Positions 8,407 to 16,581 of a stretch of DNA of 20,000 nt are shown here, piece after piece; within the stretch, counting starts at the first letter, position 1, and every line of letters starts with the position of its first letter. Origin of the DNA: an uncultured virus (IMG/VR IMGVR_UViG_3300009161_006655) (Duplodnaviria > Heunggongvirae > Uroviricota > Caudoviricetes); the IMG/VR virus record IMGVR_UViG_3300009161_006655; one strand, 5' to 3'. Under the pieces are notes generated by a model that saw nothing but the letters and a program-made list of their open reading frames with translations, was not told the origin of the DNA and made no database searches. Both the position numbers and the translations under genes were made by a program.

Positions 8407-10365
8407 ATGAGTAAGACTAAATCAGATAAAGAAACAGATTCTAAAGGATCTAAAAGGTCATCAGTTAAAACTACAATAGCTGGGATATTTAATGCAATTG
8501 CTGGTATTAGAAAGACAGATGGTCTTTCTCCTATTGCTCTTATCGGAAGAGGAGGTAATAGAGAGAAACCTGGTTTTACTCCAAATGAGTCTTATAATAC
8601 TATGCTAAGCCAAGATTGGTTTGGTGATTTACTAGAATCTCACCCAGATTATAAACGTGGACTTTTTGGTAAAAAGAAGAGTAGCAAAGACCTGTCAACA
8701 GAAGATAGATTTAATTTATCAAAAGATTTTCCAAGGACAGAAGGTGAGCCATATTCGACTAGAGATTGGCATTTGATATTCAATGACACATCAATGGATT
8801 ATTTCAAACATGGTTTGCAAGTTATTGATGGTAAAAACTTTTTGAAATCTAACAAAAATGATAGAGAAACTTGGGATGGACATGAAGAATTTCCTTCTAG
8901 ACTAGCGCATGTTTTGGGTGATACAGATGGTACAAGAGGAACACCTTATGAAAATACAGATCCTGTAATTTTTGGATTTGAAATAATAATAGATCTTGTA
9001 AACTCGCCCTTATTAAATGGATCTGTTGAAGATTTTATAGCTAATTTCCCACTTGTAAATGAAATTGCTACAAGAAGAAAAGTAATGAATGATTTTAGGC
9101 AACAATTTGTAAAAATATTTAAAACAAAAGGTAGTTTTAAAAGTGTTATTGATTTACCAACAGCATCAATTAAAACATCTAACTATGCTAATACAGATAG
9201 TCCTTCACAATTTTATTCAAGTGGAAAACCTGCTTATATGTCTTATTATCTTAAAAAGATTCAAGGTCTAGAAAAACTAATAGAAGCAAATCTTCCAGAT
9301 AAAAATAAGTCGTTAGTTGACTATAGAAAAGATTTATTAAAGTTAACTTTCACAGAAGATGTTTCTTTAGATATGGGAACATTAGCTTATTTATATAAAC
9401 TTTTATATTGGTCAAAACCAAATGGTAAAAATATAGTTCCTGAAAATCTACTAAGATTTAATTGTGATATAGTTATATCAGAAGTTAGACATTTTAATAG
9501 AGTTAGAAAAGGTGTGACAAATGGTGACTTAGAAGTGGTTAAAGATAATTTAAGTAGGTATATTTATACATTAAATGAATGTCAATTTTGGTTTGACCAA
9601 CTAGCTCATGATAGTGATGTTGACTTAGGAGGTATTAAAACGTATGATGACTTTGTAGTAACAATGGATTATAAATATGCAACAACAAAATTTGAAAGAT
9701 GGACACCAGATGGTGCTGGATTTGGTAAATATGTTTCATATAACAATGCGGCTATGTGGAAAATAGGTAATCCAGGTGCTAGAGATGTTATGGGATCAAG
9801 TGCTTCAGGTAATATCAGTACCAAGGATATTGCTGTTCCAAAATTTTATTCTGAAAGTGCTGGTAATACTTTAAGACAAAATGGAGTTAAAATTCCTTAT
9901 ATAATGGATAGTTATAACACATCTTTTGTTAATGAGAGTGTTGAAAAACCAGTGAGTGGTAGTGGTACTAAAAAAAAATCAGGAGACGAAACACAAGAAG
10001 GAGATGCCATAGATGAGAAAAAGGCAAAAAGAAAAAAGAAAAGAAAAGAAGGTTTTGAAGCTTTTAAAGAAAGATCAGCTAAGGCTGGTAAAATGTTAGG
10101 TAGTAAATTAAAAAGAGCTTTGCAAAAAGAAATTAGGTCACAAGTTAATACTAGATTAAAATTATTAAATAACACATTAGATAAAATAAGAAATGAAGCT
10201 GGGATGGGTAGAATGCGAGAACCTACTAATGTTTATAGAGAATATGATAATACTTCTGATAGATATTTTTTTAAAGTTAAAAACTCTTTAAGAGATTTTG
10301 CAGGAGACGCACTAGGTGGTAGAATAGGCCGTCTTATAAAAGGTGGTAACAGTTCTTTATTTTAA
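8407..10365 (+). CDS. Conserved phage structural protein, possibly tail-tube-fold (gp48/gp54-like baseplate-tube junction)
   Basis: 652 aa between the lysozyme and gp5-like genes. The core YYLKKIQGL...LKLTFTED...LYW...RFNCDIVISE...YTLNECQF...FVVTMDYKY has a tube-protein-like strand/helix order, followed by a basic C-terminal tail. The fold call is inference only. Confidence 0.35.
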   Translation: MSKTKSDKETDSKGSKRSSVKTTIAGIFNAIAGIRKTDGLSPIALIGRGGNREKPGFTPNESYNTMLSQDWFGDLLESHPDYKRGLFGKKKSSKDLSTEDRFNLSKDFPRTEGEPYSTRDWHLIFNDTSMDYFKHGLQVIDGKNFLKSNKNDRETWDGHEEFPSRLAHVLGDTDGTRGTPYENTDPVIFGFEIIIDLVNSPLLNGSVEDFIANFPLVNEIATRRKVMNDFRQQFVKIFKTKGSFKSVIDLPTASIKTSNYANTDSPSQFYSSGKPAYMSYYLKKIQGLEKLIEANLPDKNKSLVDYRKDLLKLTFTEDVSLDMGTLAYLYKLLYWSKPNGKNIVPENLLRFNCDIVISEVRHFNRVRKGVTNGDLEVVKDNLSRYIYTLNECQFWFDQLAHDSDVDLGGIKTYDDFVVTMDYKYATTKFERWTPDGAGFGKYVSYNNAAMWKIGNPGARDVMGSSASGNISTKDIAVPKFYSESAGNTLRQNGVKIPYIMDSYNTSFVNESVEKPVSGSGTKKKSGDETQEGDAIDEKKAKRKKKRKEGFEAFKERSAKAGKMLGSKLKRALQKEIRSQVNTRLKLLNNTLDKIRNEAGMGRMREPTNVYREYDNTSDRYFFKVKNSLRDFAGDALGGRIGRLIKGGNSSLF

Positions 10366-10387
10366 TTATACCACAGAAGTGCAATTT

Positions 10388-10396
10388 TTATATATA
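10388..10396 (+). promoter_or_regulatory. Putative phage late promoter motif TTATATATA
   Basis: 4 nt upstream of the ATG at 10401. Confidence 0.6.
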
Positions 10397-10400
10397 ATTC

Positions 10401-12920
10401 ATGCAAGTAGAAAGTGGTAAAACTTATATTGGAGTTGTTGAAGATAACGAGGATCCTAAAAGACTTGGTAGAGTCAAGGCTAGAGTATTAGATGTATTTG
10501 ATAATACAAAAATTGAAGACATACCTTGGGCTAACCCATGGAAAGATCTTGCTGGTAATGATTTTGCCCTACCTGAAAAAGGCAAAGTTGTTATTGTTGT
10601 ATTTGAAAATGCTAACTTAAATAGTCCAGAGTTTATACACTCGAATCATTATAATGTTAACTTAGAGAAAAAGCTTACACAAGTAAGTAAAGAGGATTAT
10701 GTCTCTATGAAGTCTCTAATATTTGACCACAAAACACAAGTTTATGTAAATGAGGGAGAAGGTCTTAAGTTAGACCATAAGTTTAATGTTATTAATATTA
10801 AAGAAAAAACTATTGATATTAACCTTAAAGATAATTTTGGTAAAATTAATTTAGGAACTGCTAATTCTACACAAAGAACAATTTTAGGTGATAACTTTTT
10901 GAACTGGTTTGATGATTTTGCTCAGATTTTAATGGGTTCTAAAGGTGGTCCTTTCTTAGGAAACTTAGGTGCGCCGGTTGTTGCGACACCGGCTTTACTT
11001 GGTAGTTTACAATTATATCAACAATTAAAAGATCCTAAGTTTTTATCTAAAAATGTTTACGCTGTAGATAATGAAAATGTCACTAAATTAGATAGAATTG
11101 CCGAAGGTCAAAAAGGTGATGTTTGGCAATCGACTGTAAAGCCAAATGAAGTTACATCCAAAGAAGCTGTTCCTTTTACTCCAACTGCTGGATCAACCGA
11201 CACAACATTTGACCAAAAACCAATGGATACTCCGGCACCTGTCGCGGCATCACAATCTACGGCACCTGGAGCATCACAATCTGTAGCTCCAGCACAAGCT
11301 GAAGAACCAAAACCAAAACCAATTGAGAATCCAGATGTTAAAGTAATTATTGAGTTGTTAAATGTTAAAAAATATGTTCTTTATACAGAAGTAAATAAGT
11401 TAAATATTGTCGCTATAAGAACTCAATGTTTAACAACTGGTGATAAATATAGTGATCAATTTGTTGATAAATTATATGTTATGTTTAAAAAAGAAGATGG
11501 TACTACGGAGTTAAAACAATATATGTTCTCAACTGTACCTGGTTTTGAATTTACAATTACAGACTCTTGGCTAAGTGATAAAAATCTTACTAAACAAGAT
11601 CCTTGGATAGGATCAAGTGGTAAAAAAATATCAATGAAAGAGTATGTAAAAACAGTTGGTACAATAAATGGTGATCCTGTTTTTAAAAATGGATTACCTA
11701 TATTAGTTCCTTCTCAATATATTGATGTTTATTATGTTTCGGATTATAAAGGAGCAAAAGCAATGAAAACTGTTAACGGCGCGAAGCAATTAATTTGGAG
11801 AGATATTGATTTTGATAATCCTGATACATTTAATCCAACTAATTTAACATCACCTGAAGAAATTATCCCAGATGATTTGGTTGATAATAGTATTAAAATA
11901 CATCTAGGTTATCCAGGTGGTCAAAAAGTTGGCAACTGGTCAGAAGGATCTCAAGTATTTTCTAATGCTGAAAACTTAAATGAATTCTTTGGATATTGTG
12001 ATGCTCATAAAAAGTTATATGATAATAAATTTACATATACTTTAGCAACTAAAAATGATTGGGATGAAGCTATAAAAAGTGTATCAGCTGATAAACCAGC
12101 TAATGTATTAGGATCAAGTGGAACTTCAGGATCATCAGGGACAAGTGGATTATCAGGATCATCAGGGACAAGTGGATCATCAGGTACTTCAGGTGTAATT
12201 GATAATAAATCAAGTGATATTGATGCAATAGGTGATGGAAGTTTAATAGTTGAGTGTGTAATTCAAGATGTTATATTAACAGGAACCATAACAACAGATG
12301 ATATTACTAGATTAAACTCAGAGGCTATCAAGTTTAGTATTAAATCACAATCTGTTCCAGGCGAATGGTCTATGACTAGTGCTTCTATTGCTTATAGTAA
12401 TTCAAATGATGTTGAACGTACAATGTCGGTTCCAATATCTTCAAATATATTTATACTTGATATTAAAAAAAGTATTGAGGCTCAAACAAACAAAGATAAA
12501 ATAATAGGTGATTATAAATTAAAAATAGATTTGACTTTTGTTAAAAAGTCAAATAATTCGGAAAAAATTATTAATAAAGCTATTCAATTTAAAATTACAA
12601 AAGGATCTCAATCTACAAGTGAGAAAAAAGAAGAAACAAAAATATCAACTGAATACATATTAGCTGTGTCGAATCCAAGTAGTGACTCTGCTGCAAAGAT
12701 AAGTGGTAAAATAACATTTAAAGAGGACGATTTTGGAGGGGTAATAGCAACAGGTACACTACAAGGTTTTAAAGATGGTGGAGTTATTGGTCCAATTGAT
12801 GGCAAACCTGGATTAGAAGCTAGTGATGGGTTAGCAAATGAGATGGTTATTAAACTAATGGACGCAATTTCTAGTAAATATAATAAATCTCTTAAACTCG
12901 TTATAACAACTAAAAAATAA
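10401..12920 (+). CDS. gp5-like baseplate central spike (N-terminal OB fold) with appended L,D-transpeptidase-like domain and C-terminal domains
   Basis: YIGVVEDNEDPKRLGRVKARV...IPWANP...LPEKGKVVIVVFENAN is the Gp5/VgrG OB-fold signature. It is followed by a short beta-rich region, a Pro/Ala linker, an IH-x12-SEGSQVF domain and a Gly-Ser repeat linker. Confidence 0.85.
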   Translation: MQVESGKTYIGVVEDNEDPKRLGRVKARVLDVFDNTKIEDIPWANPWKDLAGNDFALPEKGKVVIVVFENANLNSPEFIHSNHYNVNLEKKLTQVSKEDYVSMKSLIFDHKTQVYVNEGEGLKLDHKFNVINIKEKTIDINLKDNFGKINLGTANSTQRTILGDNFLNWFDDFAQILMGSKGGPFLGNLGAPVVATPALLGSLQLYQQLKDPKFLSKNVYAVDNENVTKLDRIAEGQKGDVWQSTVKPNEVTSKEAVPFTPTAGSTDTTFDQKPMDTPAPVAASQSTAPGASQSVAPAQAEEPKPKPIENPDVKVIIELLNVKKYVLYTEVNKLNIVAIRTQCLTTGDKYSDQFVDKLYVMFKKEDGTTELKQYMFSTVPGFEFTITDSWLSDKNLTKQDPWIGSSGKKISMKEYVKTVGTINGDPVFKNGLPILVPSQYIDVYYVSDYKGAKAMKTVNGAKQLIWRDIDFDNPDTFNPTNLTSPEEIIPDDLVDNSIKIHLGYPGGQKVGNWSEGSQVFSNAENLNEFFGYCDAHKKLYDNKFTYTLATKNDWDEAIKSVSADKPANVLGSSGTSGSSGTSGLSGSSGTSGSSGTSGVIDNKSSDIDAIGDGSLIVECVIQDVILTGTITTDDITRLNSEAIKFSIKSQSVPGEWSMTSASIAYSNSNDVERTMSVPISSNIFILDIKKSIEAQTNKDKIIGDYKLKIDLTFVKKSNNSEKIINKAIQFKITKGSQSTSEKKEETKISTEYILAVSNPSSDSAAKISGKITFKEDDFGGVIATGTLQGFKDGGVIGPIDGKPGLEASDGLANEMVIKLMDAISSKYNKSLKLVITTKK
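12111..12194 (+). repeat. Coding (G-x-S)n repeat GSSGTSGSSGTSGLSGSSGTSGSSGTSG
   Basis: Gly at every third residue over 28 codons. At DNA level, ggatcatcagggacaagtggat occurs twice. Confidence 0.9.
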
Positions 12921-12929
12921 TCTTGTATT

Positions 12930-12938
12930 TAATATATA
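12930..12938 (+). promoter_or_regulatory. Putative phage late promoter motif TAATATATA
   Basis: 4 nt upstream of the ATG at 12943. Confidence 0.65.
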
Positions 12939-12942
12939 GATT

Positions 12943-13632
12943 ATGAAACATCTTAAACATTTTTCAATATTCGAATCCAAAGAGGAAAAACTTACAAAGA
13001 GTCAAGAAATGATTGATTCTTTTAAAGAAAAGTTTGGAACTGAATTAGATAAAAAATTTGAAGTTAATCAGATTAAACTAATTGAAAAAGCATTTAATAT
13101 ATTTGATAAAAAGTTTATCAAGAATAAAATTGATAAAATAATTCTTAAAGATTTAGGTGGTGTTCACGGTAGATGGCATGATTCTGGTAAAAGACAAGAG
13201 ATGACTTTGAATCCATCAATATTTGATTTTAAGAAAGAATTTGAAAATGGTGTTAAAGATGTTCCTTACAAACTATTTGTTTTAGTTCATGAAATAGGAC
13301 ATTGTATTGATCATATAGAAAAGGTGTCATATTCTAGGGAATGGAAAGCTATATCAGGTTGGAAAAAATTAGACAGAAGAGCTAATGTTCCTGAAGGATA
13401 TGGTAGATATGAAGAAAAAAGAAAAGGTAGAGAAATAGCAGGTCATAAAAAGTCAGACTGGATTCACAAAGAAGATGCTGATTTTTGTAGAAAATATACT
13501 TCAAGAAATCCTAGAGAAGATTTTGCAGATTCGTTTGCTCACGGTGTTTTTGGTTTATGGGATAGATTCAAAGGTGAAACTGGTAAAAAGAAAATGGAAA
13601 TTATTAAAAAGATTCTAAAGAAAGTAGATTAA
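12943..13632 (+). CDS. Zincin-type (HExxH) metallopeptidase-like protein with putative capsid-targeting N-terminus
   Basis: LVHEIGHCIDH (HEIGH at 13288-13302) plus downstream KYTSRNPREDFADSF supplying a candidate third Zn ligand (Glu). N-terminus is MKHLKHFSIFES. Confidence 0.75.
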   Translation: MKHLKHFSIFESKEEKLTKSQEMIDSFKEKFGTELDKKFEVNQIKLIEKAFNIFDKKFIKNKIDKIILKDLGGVHGRWHDSGKRQEMTLNPSIFDFKKEFENGVKDVPYKLFVLVHEIGHCIDHIEKVSYSREWKAISGWKKLDRRANVPEGYGRYEEKRKGREIAGHKKSDWIHKEDADFCRKYTSRNPREDFADSFAHGVFGLWDRFKGETGKKKMEIIKKILKKVD

Positions 13633-14282
13633 TCATCTAAATCTACGGCTTGAACAGTTTCCTTATTATAAATATAGATTATAATGTTGGATATCTTTTC
13701 GCCTTCCATTATATCCAATAAATCATTAACGTCTGTTAATTTTTCTGTTAGTGATATAGTTTCTGTTTCTCTAGATCCTTTAGATTTTGTTACTCTCATA
13801 GTAAATTCAGTACCTAGCATTTTTAACTTACCATGAACATCTAATAAATCCTCAACTATTTCTTCATTTGTATTATACTTAATACTAACTATATCAATAA
13901 CAAAGGCACCAAAGTCAAAATTACCAGAATCTTCTACATCAGATGTTCTGTCTAATAATGGTTGAATACAATCCATTATATCTCTATAATCTACATTAAT
14001 ATTAAAAGCTTGTAAAAATGATTCTTGAGAACCATCATGTATTTCATATTGATAATAATCTTTATAATCTTCTTCTACTTGGTCAATAAATTGGTCAAGA
14101 AGTCCTTTTGTTTTACTTGAAAAAACAGCACTTCCAGGACCTTGAACTTTTGATTGAAGATTATTTTCAATATGTTCTATTAAAGGCTTGAATATTTCAT
14201 CCCAATCAACAGGATTTGTAAGAGGACTCATTGTTCGAGCCTCACTTTTAGTTTCTAATATAAGTTTAGAGAATTTTTTCAT
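13629..14282 (-). CDS. Hypothetical acidic protein with putative capsid-targeting N-terminus
   Basis: 217 aa with an ATG start, TAATATATA 5 nt upstream, and N-terminus MKKFSKLILET. Confidence 0.75.
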   Translation of the reverse strand: MKKFSKLILETKSEARTMSPLTNPVDWDEIFKPLIEHIENNLQSKVQGPGSAVFSSKTKGLLDQFIDQVEEDYKDYYQYEIHDGSQESFLQAFNINVDYRDIMDCIQPLLDRTSDVEDSGNFDFGAFVIDIVSIKYNTNEEIVEDLLDVHGKLKMLGTEFTMRVTKSKGSRETETISLTEKLTDVNDLLDIMEGEKISNIIIYIYNKETVQAVDLDD

Positions 14283-14287
14283 CTCTT

Positions 14288-14296
14288 TATATATTA
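14288..14296 (-). promoter_or_regulatory. Putative phage late promoter motif TAATATATA
   Basis: Reads tatatatta on the plus strand, 5 nt upstream of the minus-strand ATG at 14282. Confidence 0.65.
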
Positions 14297-14370
14297 ATAT
14301 TTAAAAGTTATTCCTTGTTTAGGATTTGATTTATTATTTGTTCTCTTTTAACTGAGATATCTTCTACAAA

Positions 14371-15024
14371 TTATTTTCTTTTTGTTACTATTTCATCAAC
14401 CATTCCGTATTTCTTAGCTTCAATAGCTGTCATCCAATAATCTCTATCACCATCTTTGCTAACTCTATCATAGTTCTGACCGGTCATATCTGATATAATC
14501 TCATAAAGTTCTTTCTTAATTGAGTTCATTTCTTTAGCTTCAATTTCCATATCAGAAGCTTGTTGAACATATCCACCATAGCTCATTGGTTGGTGAATCA
14601 TTGTTCTACTTCTTTTAAGAGCTTTTCTTTTACCTTTAGTACCAGAACATAGTATAACAGCTCCCATTGAAGCAGCGAGTCCCGTGTTGATTGTAATGAT
14701 GTCTGGTTTAACAAAGTCCATAACATCTAATAAACCTAGTCCAGAATAAACAGATCCACCAGGGCTATCTATATAGATTTTAATATCATCATCTGATTCG
14801 CTTTCTAAGTAAAGAAGCTGAGCTTTAATTATATTACAAACATCTGAATCTATTTCAGTTGAAAGAAATATGATTCTATCATCTAATAGTTTAGAGAACA
14901 CATCAACTGGCATACCATTGTCTTCCAATAAATGAGTTGTAAAATTTCTTTTTTGTAATTTTTTGAAGTAATCATCCAGTGTTGATCCACTAACACTTTG
15001 TATTGCGTATTTTCTAAAGCTCAT
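14371..15024 (-). CDS. clpP: ATP-dependent Clp protease proteolytic subunit
   Basis: DVFSKLLDDRIIFL, AQLLYLES, IYIDSPGGSV, GLAASMGA (catalytic Ser), MIHQP (His) and DRDYWMTAIEAKKYGMVDEI (Asp). Confidence 0.96.
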   Translation of the reverse strand: MSFRKYAIQSVSGSTLDDYFKKLQKRNFTTHLLEDNGMPVDVFSKLLDDRIIFLSTEIDSDVCNIIKAQLLYLESESDDDIKIYIDSPGGSVYSGLGLLDVMDFVKPDIITINTGLAASMGAVILCSGTKGKRKALKRSRTMIHQPMSYGGYVQQASDMEIEAKEMNSIKKELYEIISDMTGQNYDRVSKDGDRDYWMTAIEAKKYGMVDEIVTKRK

Positions 15025-15109
15025 TATTTTCTTTTACTTTTTACTTTTTATGATATAAACAAAGAAAAGTTTACTTATTGGTAAAAGCAAAAAAACGAAG
15101 TTCCATAAT

Positions 15110-15118
15110 TAATATATA
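15110..15118 (+). promoter_or_regulatory. Putative phage late promoter motif TAATATATA
   Basis: 20 nt upstream of the ATG at 15139. Confidence 0.65.
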
Positions 15119-15138
15119 CAGAAAAATAAAAAAGAATT

Positions 15139-15477
15139 ATGATAACTAAAGTTGAAATAAATGGATATGAGATCACTATCGAAGAAAACGAAGGTCTTAT
15201 TACCGTAAGAGCTGAAAAAGATGAAGAAATCATCGAAGAGTTTTCTATCGAAACTGGAGAGTCTCAAGAAAGCGAAGAGTCTGAAGAGTCTGAAGAAGGT
15301 CAAGGTATCAAATCATTTGGTGATTTTGGTGGCGAAGAAGAAGATTTCGGAGCTCAAGAAGAAGAAATTCAAGATGAAGAAGAAGAATCTGAATTAGACG
15401 AAATGCAAGATGAAGAGGAAGAAGAATCTGAAAACAAATTAGAATCTTTTCAATCTTTCATTAACAAAAAGAAATAA
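15139..15477 (+). CDS. Small, extremely Glu-rich protein (possible prohead core/scaffold-like)
   Basis: 112 aa with a short beta-rich N-terminus, then ESEESEESEE and EEEEE tracts, and the motifs IKSFGDF and LESFQSFINKKK. Confidence 0.7.
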   Translation: MITKVEINGYEITIEENEGLITVRAEKDEEIIEEFSIETGESQESEESEESEEGQGIKSFGDFGGEEEDFGAQEEEIQDEEEESELDEMQDEEEEESENKLESFQSFINKKK

Positions 15478-15482
15478 TTAAA

Positions 15483-16562
15483 ATGATTAAACGATTTAAT
15501 CAGTTCATTTCAGAAAGTAAAACTTCTGAATACCTGCTATATTATGCTTTCGATTGGGATGATAACATTCTAAACATGCCAACTAAAATCCATATGGAAC
15601 ATTTAGTTGATGGTCAATGGATACCAACTAAGGTATCTACTGCTGAATTTGCAGAAGTTAGAAATGATAAAGATAATTGGAAAATAAATTATGCAAATGC
15701 CTTTATTGAATTTAATGATTTAGGTGAAAGAGGAGACTCAGCATTTTTAGAAGATGTTAAGACTGCTATTTCACAAGGTAAGTTAGGACCAGCTTGGCAT
15801 GATTTCATTGAATGTCTTTCAAACGGATCTTTATTTGCTATCATCACAGCTCGTGGTCACGAATCATCAGCAATGAGAAAAGGAATTGAATGGATAATTG
15901 ATAATGTTTTAACTGAAGAACAACTTTATTCAATGTATAATCATCTTATGATGTATTCTTACAATTTCACAGAAGATCGCGGTGAATCATATGAAAGAGT
16001 TCTAAAAGGCCAACCATCAAAAAATGAACTAATTAAAGAATATTTAGATAATTGTGATTTAGTTGGAGTTTCTTCACCTTCAAGAGGTGGTTCTCCAGAC
16101 AATCCAGAAAAAGCTAAAGAAGAAGCTTTATTAATATTCCAATCTAAAGTTAATGATTATGCTCTGAAGATTGGTAAACAAGCTAAGATAGGTTTCTCTG
16201 ATGATGATTTGAAAAATGTTAAACACATTGAAGATTTATACTCAAATCTAAATAAAGAACAATTTCCTAACATAGTTGAATATATTGTCAAAGGAACAAA
16301 AGATCCTTCTAATATTACCAAAATGATTAGAACTATTGATAGTCCTGTTATAGAAACATCTCAACAACCAACCGGTATGGAATCATCTGTTCTTAAATTT
16401 ACAGAGTTTGGAAATATGGCGGCTCAGTTAAACCCACAAGGTCCTGATCAAAGACAAGATGACTTTGCTAATCAATTCAAAAGACAAACTAAATATCTAA
16501 CTAAAACATCAAAAGAGATTTTAGGAGATAAAAAGAAAAAGAAAAAAGGTATTAAGTTATAA
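15483..16562 (+). CDS. HAD-superfamily phosphatase-like protein with putative capsid-targeting N-terminus
   Basis: Motif I YAFDWDDNI, motif II IITARGH, candidate motif III Lys in EKAKEE, and motif IV IGFSDDDLKN. N-terminus is MIKRFNQFISES. Confidence 0.8.
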   Translation: MIKRFNQFISESKTSEYLLYYAFDWDDNILNMPTKIHMEHLVDGQWIPTKVSTAEFAEVRNDKDNWKINYANAFIEFNDLGERGDSAFLEDVKTAISQGKLGPAWHDFIECLSNGSLFAIITARGHESSAMRKGIEWIIDNVLTEEQLYSMYNHLMMYSYNFTEDRGESYERVLKGQPSKNELIKEYLDNCDLVGVSSPSRGGSPDNPEKAKEEALLIFQSKVNDYALKIGKQAKIGFSDDDLKNVKHIEDLYSNLNKEQFPNIVEYIVKGTKDPSNITKMIRTIDSPVIETSQQPTGMESSVLKFTEFGNMAAQLNPQGPDQRQDDFANQFKRQTKYLTKTSKEILGDKKKKKKGIKL

Positions 16563-16581
16563 TATCAAACTTATAAGAAAT

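Noticed and set aside
3283..10175. Short ORFs 3283-3480, 4896-5084, 5383-5574, 5733-5918, 5815-6036, 8020-8259 and 9912-10175
   Set aside because: All are nested in or antisense to long, motif-bearing genes and have no recognisable features.
12111..12194. DNA repeats as a CRISPR array or DGR template/variable repeat
   Set aside because: The repeats are short, in frame and explained by the Gly-Ser peptide. There are no spacers, no adenine-specific mismatch pair and no reverse transcriptase or cas gene in the window.
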